Below, in pieces: positions 8,767 to 17,614 of a stretch of DNA of 25,883 nt. The DNA lies in NCBI GenBank assembly GCA_039630345.1, contig JBCNVD010000017.1, forward strand, positions 1 to 25,883, read 5' to 3'. Source of the DNA: Aquificaceae bacterium. Its GTDB lineage: Bacteria > Aquificota > Aquificia > Aquificales > Aquificaceae. The position numbers and the translations under genes were made by a program. Under the pieces are notes generated by a model. The model made no database searches and was not told where the DNA came from. It saw only the letters and a program-made list of their open reading frames with translations. Positions within the stretch are counted from its first letter, which is position 1, and the number at the start of each line of letters is the position of its first letter.

Positions 8767-10047
8767 ATGGTAGATGTTTTGATAGTCGGAAGGGCAAATG
8801 TAGGTAAATCAAGTCTTTTTAACAGGCTAATTAAAAAGCGCCAGAGTATTGTGTTTGATAGCCCGGGGATTACAAGAGATATTATCTTTGGCGAGATTGA
8901 ACTATCTGGCAATATCCTTACAGTTGCGGATACGGCGGGGCTTTTTAACCCGGATGTCTGGGTTGAGAACTTTGTAAGGAAAAAAGTCCTTGAGCTTATC
9001 AAAAACGCAAAAAAGGTGCTGTTTGTAGTTGATGCAAAGGCGGGTCTTACCCAGGCAGATATTGAGGTCGCAAATCTCTTAAGACCTTACAGAGACAAGG
9101 TACTTGTTGTTATTAACAAGATTGATGCCTCTTTAGATGGCAGGTGGGAATTTTACGGGCTTGGGTTTGAGTCTTTTGTTGAGATCTCTGCCCTGCATGG
9201 ACTTGGGATTGGAGAGCTCCTTGAGAGACTTGAATCAGTTGGAGGAAAAAGAGATTCCTTGCCCGAAGGGCAGATTAATCTTATCCTGCTTGGAAAGCCA
9301 AATGCGGGTAAATCTTCGCTTTTAAATGCGCTTGCTGGATATGAAAGAGCTATTGTGTGGCACGAGCCAGGAACGACAAGAGATGCGGTGGAGGTAAACC
9401 TGGGGAATGGTTTTTCCGCGGTTGATACCGCGGGGATTCGTAAAAGGAGCTCAGTAGAGTACGGTCCGGAGTTTTTTGCAGTTGGCAGGGCGCTTGAGGC
9501 GCTTGAGCGAGAGGGGATAGTTTTGCTAATTATTGACCTATCTAAAGGCGTTAGCTTTCAGGACAAGAAGTTAGCAGGGCTTATAAGAAAGAGGGCAAAA
9601 CCTGCTTTGATTGTTGGTAATAAAATAGACCTTCTTAATAGCCAGGGGGGCCTTGAGGAATACCTAAAGAGAGAGCTGTGGTTTCTGGATTATGCCCCTG
9701 TGGTTTTAATAAGTGCAAAAAGCGGTTATGGGATTGAAAATATCTTACTTAAAGCCAGAGAAGTCTGGAGGGATTTTAACAAGGAGTTTAAAACCTCTCA
9801 GGTAAATAGGGCTATTAACAGGATTTTATCGCTCCATCCACCCCCTTTGAAGGATAATTTAGCGCCAAAGGTATATTACTCTTTTCAACAAAGCACAAAG
9901 CCTCCGACTTTTGTGCTAATTACAAACAGCCCTGAGTCCTGGAGAGATGAGTATGTTAGATTTATGGAAAAAAAACTTCGCCAAGAGCTTGGTCTTGAGC
10001 TATCTCCTTTAAGATTTGTTTTTTCAAGGAGGAGAGAAGATGCTTAG
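8767..10047 (+). CDS. der: Ribosome biogenesis GTPase Der (EngA)
   Basis: Two G domains (GRANVGKS/ITRD/DTAG/NKID and GKPNAGKS/TTRD/DTAG/NKID) plus the KH-like PPTF tail. Confidence 0.95.
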   Translation: MVDVLIVGRANVGKSSLFNRLIKKRQSIVFDSPGITRDIIFGEIELSGNILTVADTAGLFNPDVWVENFVRKKVLELIKNAKKVLFVVDAKAGLTQADIEVANLLRPYRDKVLVVINKIDASLDGRWEFYGLGFESFVEISALHGLGIGELLERLESVGGKRDSLPEGQINLILLGKPNAGKSSLLNALAGYERAIVWHEPGTTRDAVEVNLGNGFSAVDTAGIRKRSSVEYGPEFFAVGRALEALEREGIVLLIIDLSKGVSFQDKKLAGLIRKRAKPALIVGNKIDLLNSQGGLEEYLKRELWFLDYAPVVLISAKSGYGIENILLKAREVWRDFNKEFKTSQVNRAINRILSLHPPPLKDNLAPKVYYSFQQSTKPPTFVLITNSPESWRDEYVRFMEKKLRQELGLELSPLRFVFSRRREDA

Positions 10048-13000
10048 GGGAGTTTTTAGAGGTCTTTGTCCAAACTGCGGTGGTGATATATCTTCTGAAA
10101 GACTTGAGAGAGGTCTTGCTTGTGAAAAGTGCATGCCAGAGGGGGATGATCCCTGCGAGGTTTTAAAAAATGGTAGACTCTTTGAGCTTTGCAAAGTTGA
10201 CGGGATTTTAAAATCCTGGAAAGAACACTTTAGAAAATACACCGGATTTGAGCCGTGGGCTTTGCAAATAAGCTGGGCATACAGGGTCTTTATAAAGAGC
10301 TCTTTTGCATTGCTTGCTCCTACCGGGGTTGGTAAGAGCACTTTTGGTATAAGTATGGCGAGCTTTTTGTCTAAAATTGGGAAAAACTCTTACATAATAG
10401 TGCCTACCCAGATTCTGGTTAGACAAACAAGAGAGAGGCTTTTGGCTTTTGGTGTTTCTGAAGCTGATATGCTGGTTTTTTCTGATGAAAGCGGGAAGAG
10501 AAAAGAATTATTGAGAGAAAGACTAAAAAGTGGGGACTTTAAGATTCTTGTTAGCACCTCTATGTTTCTTTATAAAAACTTTCAGGACATAAGCTGTGAT
10601 TTTGATCTGATTTTCGTTGACGATGTTGATTCTTTTTTGAAAACTTCCACGAATGTTGATAAGGTTTTAAAGCTTATGAATTTTACAGATTCTGATATCC
10701 AGAATGGTATGAAGATACTGAAGTTAAAATCTACTCAAAACAGAGATCAGGAGACCTTTAATAAAATCAAAGAGCTCCAGAGTGAGATTCAGAGAGTGCA
10801 AAAAAGGGGCGCTCTGGTTATATCTTCCGCAACATCTGCGCCCCGCTCTTTGAGGGCAGGGCTTTTTCGCGAGATGCTGGGGTTTGATCTGTCGAGCCCT
10901 AACTTTTTCGTTCGCAAAACGGTTGATATATTTGATAATGCCTTTAAAAAGCATCCTATCGATTGGATAAAAGAGCTAGGTAAAGGTTGTCTTCTTTTTG
11001 TTTCTTCTGATTATTCAAAAAAGGGTCTTGATATGATTTTAAAGTCTTTAAATCAGGAGGGAATAAGGGCGATATCTTATGAAGAATTAAACGAAAAAAC
11101 CATAGAGGAATTTTCAAGGGGTGATATATGGGTAATTGGTGGGATTTCTTCTTATAAAAATCCGCTTGCCAGAGGCTTTGATTTGCCAAAGGCGGTAAGA
11201 TATGCAATTTTTTACGGAGTTCCAAAGATAGTTTTATCTTTAAAATTTGAGAAAAACCTCTCTCATGTGCTATGGGCTATAAGTTCTTTAAGACCAATTA
11301 TTGCAAAGAAAATGCCCCAGGTTTTAAAAACGCTGGATAACTGGATTGAAAAGCTAAGGCGTTATCAGTATCTTTCAGAGGAGTTTTTAAGCCAGAGACA
11401 GGAACTTTATAGCAAAGTAGAGGCTTTAAAAGAAGAGGTTCTTTCGTTTTTAAGATCCAAAGAGGTGCTTGAAATTTTGGAAAACTCCCCAGAGACTACC
11501 ATAAGGAGCACGCAGGATGGTTATGTGCTGTCTGTTTCGGATGTAGTAGGATATCTTCAGGCAAGCGGTCGCGTTTCCCGGATGTATTTAGGTGGGCTTA
11601 CCACCGGGCTTAGTTTGATTTTAGTAGACGATGAGAGGGTTTTTAACCATCTTCAGAAGAAGATAGGCTGGTTTAGTGAGGATATAGAGTTTAAGCCAGC
11701 AAAAGATGTGGATTTAAAGAGATTGATGGAGATAATAGACCAGGAAAGAGCTGGTATAAGAGCTGTAAATGGCGAAAAACCCAGAGAAGACTTTTTAAAG
11801 CCAACACTCTTTATAGTTGAGTCTCCCAATAAGGCAAGAACCATAGCAAACTTTTTCGGAAAGCCTGCAAGGAGAAAGGTCAACGACCTTGAGGTTTTGG
11901 AGGTTTTAACAGGGGAGCTCTATCTTCTTATAACCTCCTGCTTTGGGCATGTGCTTGACCTATCCAGAGATGGCGGAACTTACGGGGTTTTGAAAAATAG
12001 CATCTTTGAACCTCTTTATGAACCGATTGAAAAAAGACACGAGATTATTAGCGGTCTTCAGCGTCTTGCGCGCGAAGCGCGCGATGTTTTGATAGCAACA
12101 GACCCAGATTCCGAGGGCGAAAAAATAGCCTGGGATCTAAGAGGGCTTTTGAGACCTTTTAACAAAAACATCCTCAGGGTTGAGTTTCACGAAATAACCA
12201 AGAGAGCGATTCTCAATGCCCTATCAAGCCCAAGGGACATAAACCTGAATTTAGTCGAGGCGCAGGCTCTTAGGCGAATAGCGGATAGATGGGTTGGCTT
12301 TGAGTTTTCCCAAAAACTCCAGCAGGCTTTTTCTAAAAGCTGGCTCTCTGCAGGCAGGGTGCAAACGCCCGTGCTTGGATGGATAATAGATAGAGACGCT
12401 CTATACAGGAAAAAACTCTACAGAGTTAGCGTTTCAATCCCGGATGGTCCAAGGCTTGAGTGGAGGTTTGAATCGAAAAATCAGGCGGAGAGTTTAGTTA
12501 AGGCTTTAGAAGATAGCTACCTTGAGCTTATCTCTTCGCAACAAGAGGAGAGAAACCCGCCGCCCCCACTTGCTACGCATAGCCTTCTAAAGCTTGCCAG
12601 CGAAAGACTAAGATGGAGCGCTGAAAAGACCATGAAAGTGGCGCAATCGCTATTTGAGACGGGATTTATAACCTATCACAGAACTGACTCTATAAGGGTC
12701 TCAGGTGCCGGGATAGCACTGGCTAAAGAACTCTCTTTAAGAGAGTATCCTGAGGAGGTCTTTAGACCAAGAACATGGGCAGAAGGTGGGGCTCATGAAT
12801 GCATCCGTCCCACCAGGGCTTTGGAGCCAGAAGAGCTCCGATCTATAGTCCTTAGCGGTCAGGTAGAGAGCTTACCTAAAGAGGCGATAAGTCTTTATGG
12901 TCTTATTTTCAGGCACTTTCTGGCAAGTCAACTAAGACCTGCTATTTTGGAGATTCAAAACTGGGTATTAAAAGCCGGCGATTTTAAGCATCAGTTTACG

Positions 13001-13438
13001 GTCGTTTCTAAAATTTTGCAAAACGGATACAACATAATTTTGCCAATACAGACAATGAGTTTAAAAGAGGGCAAAGTGGTGCTAAATCCAGCTATAGACA
13101 GGGTGCCTTCAGAGTTTCTCTACACTTCAGGGGAGATCGTCAGCGAAATGAAAAGACAGGGAATAGGTAGACCTTCAACCTATGCCTCTACTTTGGAGAA
13201 ACTCCTGGAGCGAGGCTATGTTATAGAGAGCTCCGGGTTTTTAGTTCCAACAAAGCTTGGGAAAATAGCTTATAAGTTTTTAAGTTCAGACGCCGAGGTT
13301 TCCCGTTTTGTAAGTGTTGACTTCACGAAAGAGATAGAGGAGATGATGGATAGATTAGAACAAGGAGAAGAGGACTTTCAAAGAGCTCTTGATAGTCTTT
13401 ATACGCAGATTTTTCGCAAAGGCAACGGGCGGATTTGA
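10040..13438 (+). CDS. rgy: Reverse gyrase
   Basis: N-terminal Zn finger CPNC...CEKC, SF2 helicase motifs APTGVGKS, DDVD, QASGRVSR, Toprim VESPNKA and TDPDSEGE, SAGRVQTP, catalytic ITYHRTDS, GIGRPSTY. ATG at 10040 follows AAGGAGG. Confidence 0.97.
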   Translation: MLRGVFRGLCPNCGGDISSERLERGLACEKCMPEGDDPCEVLKNGRLFELCKVDGILKSWKEHFRKYTGFEPWALQISWAYRVFIKSSFALLAPTGVGKSTFGISMASFLSKIGKNSYIIVPTQILVRQTRERLLAFGVSEADMLVFSDESGKRKELLRERLKSGDFKILVSTSMFLYKNFQDISCDFDLIFVDDVDSFLKTSTNVDKVLKLMNFTDSDIQNGMKILKLKSTQNRDQETFNKIKELQSEIQRVQKRGALVISSATSAPRSLRAGLFREMLGFDLSSPNFFVRKTVDIFDNAFKKHPIDWIKELGKGCLLFVSSDYSKKGLDMILKSLNQEGIRAISYEELNEKTIEEFSRGDIWVIGGISSYKNPLARGFDLPKAVRYAIFYGVPKIVLSLKFEKNLSHVLWAISSLRPIIAKKMPQVLKTLDNWIEKLRRYQYLSEEFLSQRQELYSKVEALKEEVLSFLRSKEVLEILENSPETTIRSTQDGYVLSVSDVVGYLQASGRVSRMYLGGLTTGLSLILVDDERVFNHLQKKIGWFSEDIEFKPAKDVDLKRLMEIIDQERAGIRAVNGEKPREDFLKPTLFIVESPNKARTIANFFGKPARRKVNDLEVLEVLTGELYLLITSCFGHVLDLSRDGGTYGVLKNSIFEPLYEPIEKRHEIISGLQRLAREARDVLIATDPDSEGEKIAWDLRGLLRPFNKNILRVEFHEITKRAILNALSSPRDINLNLVEAQALRRIADRWVGFEFSQKLQQAFSKSWLSAGRVQTPVLGWIIDRDALYRKKLYRVSVSIPDGPRLEWRFESKNQAESLVKALEDSYLELISSQQEERNPPPPLATHSLLKLASERLRWSAEKTMKVAQSLFETGFITYHRTDSIRVSGAGIALAKELSLREYPEEVFRPRTWAEGGAHECIRPTRALEPEELRSIVLSGQVESLPKEAISLYGLIFRHFLASQLRPAILEIQNWVLKAGDFKHQFTVVSKILQNGYNIILPIQTMSLKEGKVVLNPAIDRVPSEFLYTSGEIVSEMKRQGIGRPSTYASTLEKLLERGYVIESSGFLVPTKLGKIAYKFLSSDAEVSRFVSVDFTKEIEEMMDRLEQGEEDFQRALDSLYTQIFRKGNGRI

Positions 13439-13491
13439 ACCGCCGTAAAAGGGATTTGCAGTCCCTCGCCTAACCGCTCGGCCACGTTGCC
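13420..13491 (-). tRNA. tRNA-Cys(GCA), CCA not encoded
   Basis: Acceptor stem GGCAACG/CGTTGCC plus U discriminator, anticodon arm AGGGA-CTGCAAA-TCCCT, T loop GGTTCAAATCC. Confidence 0.95.
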
Positions 13492-13496
13492 TAAAA

Positions 13497-13568
13497 AGCG
13501 GGCGACGGGACTCGAACCCGCGACCTGCTGCATGGCAAGCAGCCGCTCTACCACTGAGCTACGCCCGC
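13497..13568 (-). tRNA. tRNA-Gly(GCC), CCA not encoded
   Basis: Acceptor stem GCGGGCG/CGCCCGC plus U, D arm GCTC-AGTGGTA-GAGC, anticodon arm GCTGC-TTGCCAT-GCAGC, GGTTCGAGTCC. Confidence 0.96.
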
Positions 13569-13578
13569 TAAAGCTATG

Positions 13579-13605
13579 ATTATAAACCTAAACTTTTGTT
13601 AAAAT
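13579..13605. promoter_or_regulatory. Back-to-back -10 elements for the tRNA pair (minus) and the PpiD-like gene (plus)
   Basis: TATAAT on minus (13584-13579), 10 nt before tRNA-Gly. Extended -10 TGtTAAAAT on plus (13597-13605), 8 nt before ATG 13614. Confidence 0.6.
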
Positions 13606-13613
13606 TCAGCTAA

Positions 13614-14927
13614 ATGTATTCGTTGATACATCGCTACAAAACCTTTACTATTGCCGTCGTTGCCATCGCCAGCGGGGCCTTTTTTCTCTGGACTTTTGCC
13701 TCGTCAGATGCAGGAGTTTTATTAGGTCAATCAAGAAGTTGCGTCGCTTACGTAAACGATAGCTGTATTGGTATTAAGGATTTTAGAAGGGAGTTGCTAA
13801 GGTTTGAGGGACTAATTAAAGACGAAGATATCCAGAGAAAACAGGTTATGGAAAACCTCATAGTGCAAGAGCTACTTTATCAAAAAGCCCGCTCTCTTTC
13901 GCTTACTGCAAGTAATCAGGAGATAGTTGAGCTTATAAAGTCAGACCCCTCTTTTCAAGAAGGGGGAGCATTTAGCAAAAGCAAATACACTCAGGTCGTT
14001 GCAAGACTTGGAATGACCCCAAGAGAATACGAAGAATATCTAAGAAAGGTTATAACGGTGCAAAAGCTAATTACTCTAATATCAAACGCCGTTTATGTAT
14101 CTGCTGAGGAAGAGAAGTTAAATCTCTCCCTGCACGAAACTAAAATAAATGGTGAGCTCTATATTATTGACCGCATAAGCGCGATGGATGTTTATAAACC
14201 ATCTGAAAAAGAGCTCCAGGAGCTCTATAGCGCAAACAAAGAGAGCTTTAAAAAACCGCCCGGCAGAGAGCTTAAAATCTGGCGGGTCAGAAATAAAGAT
14301 TCAGCAGTCGAGATTTATCAAAAACTCAAAAACGGGCAAGTGCCAGAGGGGTTTGAGTCTTTTGACCTTTCAAAAAAGACGGGCTTTAGCCCTGTTATTG
14401 AAGACGCTTTGCCCAGACTCAAAGATAAAGAGCCAGAAGTTTTGAAAGAAGGTGAAGATTTCTTGGTTTTATTTGTCCAGAGTTCTAAACAGGAAGAGTA
14501 TATGAGTATTGAAGAAGCCAAAGATAAACTAAAACTAATGGCAATAGAGAAAAACTATCAGGAAGTTATTAAAAACATCGCTGACAAAACTCTGGAGGAT
14601 TTAAAGCAGAATAAAAAGCCCGGCATTGAGCCAGTAGAGCTAAAAAATACCCCACTTAGCGACCTTGGAACGATTTATGGTCTTGAACTCTCTTCTATAG
14701 AGAAGATTTTAAACTCTAGTGATAAAGTTTTGGGTCCTTTTAATTCCCGCAACGGTCTTGCGGTAATTTTTTTAAGTTCAAAGAGCAAAGAGCCCATACC
14801 GCAAAAGGAGAGAGAGGGACTTCTTGAGGATTTAAGGAGCTTAAAAGCTCAGGCCTTGCTCTCTTCATACATAGAGAGCTTGAGGAAAAAAGCATCAATT
14901 GAGATCGTTTCAGGAGGTCAAAGATGA
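13614..14927 (+). CDS. PpiD-like membrane-anchored periplasmic chaperone (SurA N-terminal domain)
   Basis: N-terminal TM segment, VAYVND, LIVQELLYQKA, SFQEGGAFSKSKY, terminal LRKKASIEI. No clear intact parvulin motif. Confidence 0.78.
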   Translation: MYSLIHRYKTFTIAVVAIASGAFFLWTFASSDAGVLLGQSRSCVAYVNDSCIGIKDFRRELLRFEGLIKDEDIQRKQVMENLIVQELLYQKARSLSLTASNQEIVELIKSDPSFQEGGAFSKSKYTQVVARLGMTPREYEEYLRKVITVQKLITLISNAVYVSAEEEKLNLSLHETKINGELYIIDRISAMDVYKPSEKELQELYSANKESFKKPPGRELKIWRVRNKDSAVEIYQKLKNGQVPEGFESFDLSKKTGFSPVIEDALPRLKDKEPEVLKEGEDFLVLFVQSSKQEEYMSIEEAKDKLKLMAIEKNYQEVIKNIADKTLEDLKQNKKPGIEPVELKNTPLSDLGTIYGLELSSIEKILNSSDKVLGPFNSRNGLAVIFLSSKSKEPIPQKEREGLLEDLRSLKAQALLSSYIESLRKKASIEIVSGGQR

Positions 14928-15691
14928 AATTTAAAACAGCCATAACGCAGCACATTGACGAGGAGGTTTACGTAAGAGGTTATAGACTTCTTGACCTTGT
15001 TGGCAATTTGAGCTTTTCGCAGGCGGTTTATCTGCTGCTTAGAGGCGAGCTTCCAAATAAGAGCTATGCCAGAATGATGGATGCGATACTTGTATCTGTT
15101 ATAGACCATGGGGTCGCTCCCCCTTCTGCAATTGCGGCAAGGTGCGTAGCTTCCGGCGGAAACTCTCTAAATGTCGGTGTTGCTGCGGGGATTTTGGCCT
15201 TTGGTTTTGCTCACGGGGGTGCTCTTGAGGATGCGATGCGCTTTTTAAGCGAGGCTATAGCTGGGGGAGTATCGCCCGACAGGGCGGTTTCTGAATATCT
15301 TGAAAAAAAGCTACCAATTCCTGGCTTTGGGCATAAGTATTACAAGGAGAAAGACCCCCGCACAGAGAGGCTCTTTGAAATTGCAAAGGAAGAGGGGATT
15401 TTCTCAAAGCACTGCGAGTTTGCCCTGAAAGTTCAGGAAGAGATTGAAAGACAAAAGGGTAAAAGGCTCGTTTTGAATGTTGATGGGGCCATTGCAGCTC
15501 TTGCCTGTGATATGGGTTTTGACTGGAGAATGGGTAAGGGGCTTTTTATCCTTGGAAGGGTGGCAGGTCTTGTTGCGCATGTTTACGAAGAGCTTACCCA
15601 GGAAAAGCCATTTTCCAAAAGGCTCGAAGAGCAGGACATAGAGTTTGTAGGATTGCCAAAGAGAGAGCTCCCTGAGGAATTTAGAAGATGA
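14924..15691 (+). CDS. ccl: Citryl-CoA lyase (reductive TCA cycle)
   Basis: 255-aa citrate-synthase-like fold: KTAIT, VRGYRLLDL, DHGVAPPS, HGGA, PGFGH, DPR, NVDG. Confidence 0.88.
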   Translation: MKFKTAITQHIDEEVYVRGYRLLDLVGNLSFSQAVYLLLRGELPNKSYARMMDAILVSVIDHGVAPPSAIAARCVASGGNSLNVGVAAGILAFGFAHGGALEDAMRFLSEAIAGGVSPDRAVSEYLEKKLPIPGFGHKYYKEKDPRTERLFEIAKEEGIFSKHCEFALKVQEEIERQKGKRLVLNVDGAIAALACDMGFDWRMGKGLFILGRVAGLVAHVYEELTQEKPFSKRLEEQDIEFVGLPKRELPEEFRR

Positions 15692-16086
15692 GAAGAGGTT
15701 TTACGCTGGTTGAGCTTTTGGTTGTTGTGATTATTCTTGGCATCCTTGCGGCTCTTGTGGTGCCAAGGGTTATAGGAAGGGTCGATGAGGCCAGAGTTGA
15801 GGCAACGCGCGTTCAGCTAAAGGCTATAAAAGATGCTCTTGAGCAATATAAACTCGATAACGGGCAATATCCAACCACAGAACAGGGTCTTAAGGCCCTT
15901 GTTGAAAAGCCCATGTCTCCCCCCTCTCCCCAGCGCTGGCGCCAGTATCTGGAGAAGGTGCCAAAAGATGGCTGGGATAGGGATTTTATCTATATCTCCC
16001 CAGGGCTTGGGAGGGCTTTTGAGCTTAGATCCACTGGCCCTGATGGCAAAGAGGGCACAGAAGACGACATAGATGTGTGGCAATAA
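15688..16086 (+). CDS. gspG: Type II secretion major pseudopilin
   Basis: GFTLVELLVV prepilin site, YKLDNGQYPTTEQGLKAL, PKDGW, YISPG, GPDG...DDI. Confidence 0.93.
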   Translation: MRRGFTLVELLVVVIILGILAALVVPRVIGRVDEARVEATRVQLKAIKDALEQYKLDNGQYPTTEQGLKALVEKPMSPPSPQRWRQYLEKVPKDGWDRDFIYISPGLGRAFELRSTGPDGKEGTEDDIDVWQ

Positions 16087-16357
16087 GGGCTTTACTCTTA
16101 TTGAGGTTTTGGTAGCTGGCGTTATTATAGGGATTGGTTTTACGGTTCTTTTTGAGATTCTAACCTCAGCAAGGGCAGAGTTTTTATATTCCAGAGAGCA
16201 ATTTAGAGACTTAATAGAGCTAAATAACAGGTTGCAAACAGGTAATCTTGATAAAGTAAGCGTTTATAGAAAAACCTTGAAAGATTATCCGCAGGTTCAG
16301 GAAGAGATCTTCAGGCTAAGAAGCACCGAAATAATTACATTCTCCCCAAGGCAGTGA
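16073..16357 (+). CDS. Minor pseudopilin (GspI-like)
   Basis: GFTLIEVLVA N-methylation motif, 94 aa, follows gspG. Confidence 0.72.
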   Translation: MCGNKGFTLIEVLVAGVIIGIGFTVLFEILTSARAEFLYSREQFRDLIELNNRLQTGNLDKVSVYRKTLKDYPQVQEEIFRLRSTEIITFSPRQ

Positions 16358-16836
16358 GGGCTTTTACTCTAATAGAAGTTCTTATAACCCTTACATTAGT
16401 AGGGCTTTTTTTATCAACAATTAGCTTTAGTTTTTTCAGGAGCTCTGATAGCATATCTCAGCTCTCGGGGCAGGCAAGAGCTTTGAGTGAAGATGCGATT
16501 CTTATCTGGGATCTTCACAGGAAACTTATAGGGGCTACAGACATTTACATAAATAAAGAAGGGGTTTTTATGATAACATCCTCAGGGAGCTATTACGCAG
16601 GGGTTGTTAAGTGTGCTTACATATATAAAGACGGATGGCTCTATTATTATGAGTTTCCCTATCCTTATGGGGATATTGCGTTTTATGAGCGAGATAGGCT
16701 CGTTAGACTTCGTCCGCTCAGGTCTTTTAAAGTAAGTGCAATTTCATCTGATGGCTCTAGTTTAGAAGATTTCAGGGGCATCCCGAGAGCTATCGAAGTT
16801 AAAATAGACCAAGATAAGATATTGATAGGGCTTTAA
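16354..16836 (+). CDS. Minor pseudopilin (GspJ-like)
   Basis: AFTLIEVLIT motif and C-terminal PRAIEVKI. GTG start overlaps the upstream stop. Confidence 0.72.
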   Translation: MRAFTLIEVLITLTLVGLFLSTISFSFFRSSDSISQLSGQARALSEDAILIWDLHRKLIGATDIYINKEGVFMITSSGSYYAGVVKCAYIYKDGWLYYYEFPYPYGDIAFYERDRLVRLRPLRSFKVSAISSDGSSLEDFRGIPRAIEVKIDQDKILIGL

Positions 16837-16867
16837 TAAGAGTCTTTAGGCGTTAAGATAAATAACC

Positions 16868-17614
16868 ATGATAAATGCTCTAATATCGCTGCTCTTTGCC
16901 CTTAACTTTGCACTTCTTGTCTCTTTATTCTTCCTCTCTGGGCTCAGGTCTTTTTCTGCGCCTTTGCTAGAGAGAAAAACCCCGGATGTTTCAGTGGCCA
17001 ATCAGCGCTTTGCGGAGGTTTTTAAAAAAGAGGAAAAGCCTCAGGAGAGGTTGCCAACTATTAAAGTTCTCGCAATAGCAAGTGGGGGCAAGAGTATGGC
17101 CCTTGCGCTAGTTGACGGTCAGCCAAGTCTTTTAAAGGTTGGGAGCTCTGTAGGTCCTCTCTCTGTGGTATCAATAGAGAGAAATTCAATCCTTTTATCA
17201 AAGGACGGTCAGACCCAGATAGTTAGTTTGTCCTTAGATAAAGCCCAGCAAGCTCAGGGGCAACTACCTCAGGAGATAGCAAAAGACTCAAGGGTTTTAC
17301 AGAGCAAAATCCCAAGGAGCGAGCTTGAGAGAATAACCTCAGATCCTGGTTTGATGTTTAGACAGATAAGACTCGTGCCATTTGTCCAGGATGGCAGGAC
17401 TCGAGGCTTTCTGTTTGAATGGATTGAGCCAGGCAGTCTCTTTGACAGGGCAGGGCTTTTGCAAGGGGATGTGCTTGTTTCGATAAATGGTCAGGAAATA
17501 AAAAGCGGTGAAGATGCCTTTAGAATACTTCAGGTGCTAAGAAACGAACAAGCGCTTCGCATCTCGCTGATTCGCTCGCAACAGCAAACCGAAATACAGC
17601 TGAGGGTAGAGTAA
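16868..17614 (+). CDS. gspC: Type II secretion protein C with C-terminal PDZ
   Basis: N-terminal TM segment, HR-like domain, PDZ (PGSLFDRAGLLQGDVLVSING), directly upstream of the secretin. Confidence 0.85.
   Translation: MINALISLLFALNFALLVSLFFLSGLRSFSAPLLERKTPDVSVANQRFAEVFKKEEKPQERLPTIKVLAIASGGKSMALALVDGQPSLLKVGSSVGPLSVVSIERNSILLSKDGQTQIVSLSLDKAQQAQGQLPQEIAKDSRVLQSKIPRSELERITSDPGLMFRQIRLVPFVQDGRTRGFLFEWIEPGSLFDRAGLLQGDVLVSINGQEIKSGEDAFRILQVLRNEQALRISLIRSQQQTEIQLRVE

Noticed and set aside
8757..8768. 12-mer AGACCGCAAGAT also present near 25752
   Set aside because: Several chance 12-mer repeats are expected in 26 kb, and spacing to the putative -10 elements differs.
12068..12082. GCGCGC-GAA-GCGCGC hairpin inside rgy
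   Set aside because: Explained by the codons for AREAR. Single occurrence.
10040..13491. rgy next to a tRNA 3' end as a possible integrated island
   Set aside because: No integrase, no duplicated tRNA 3' end seen, and rgy is coupled to the core gene der.
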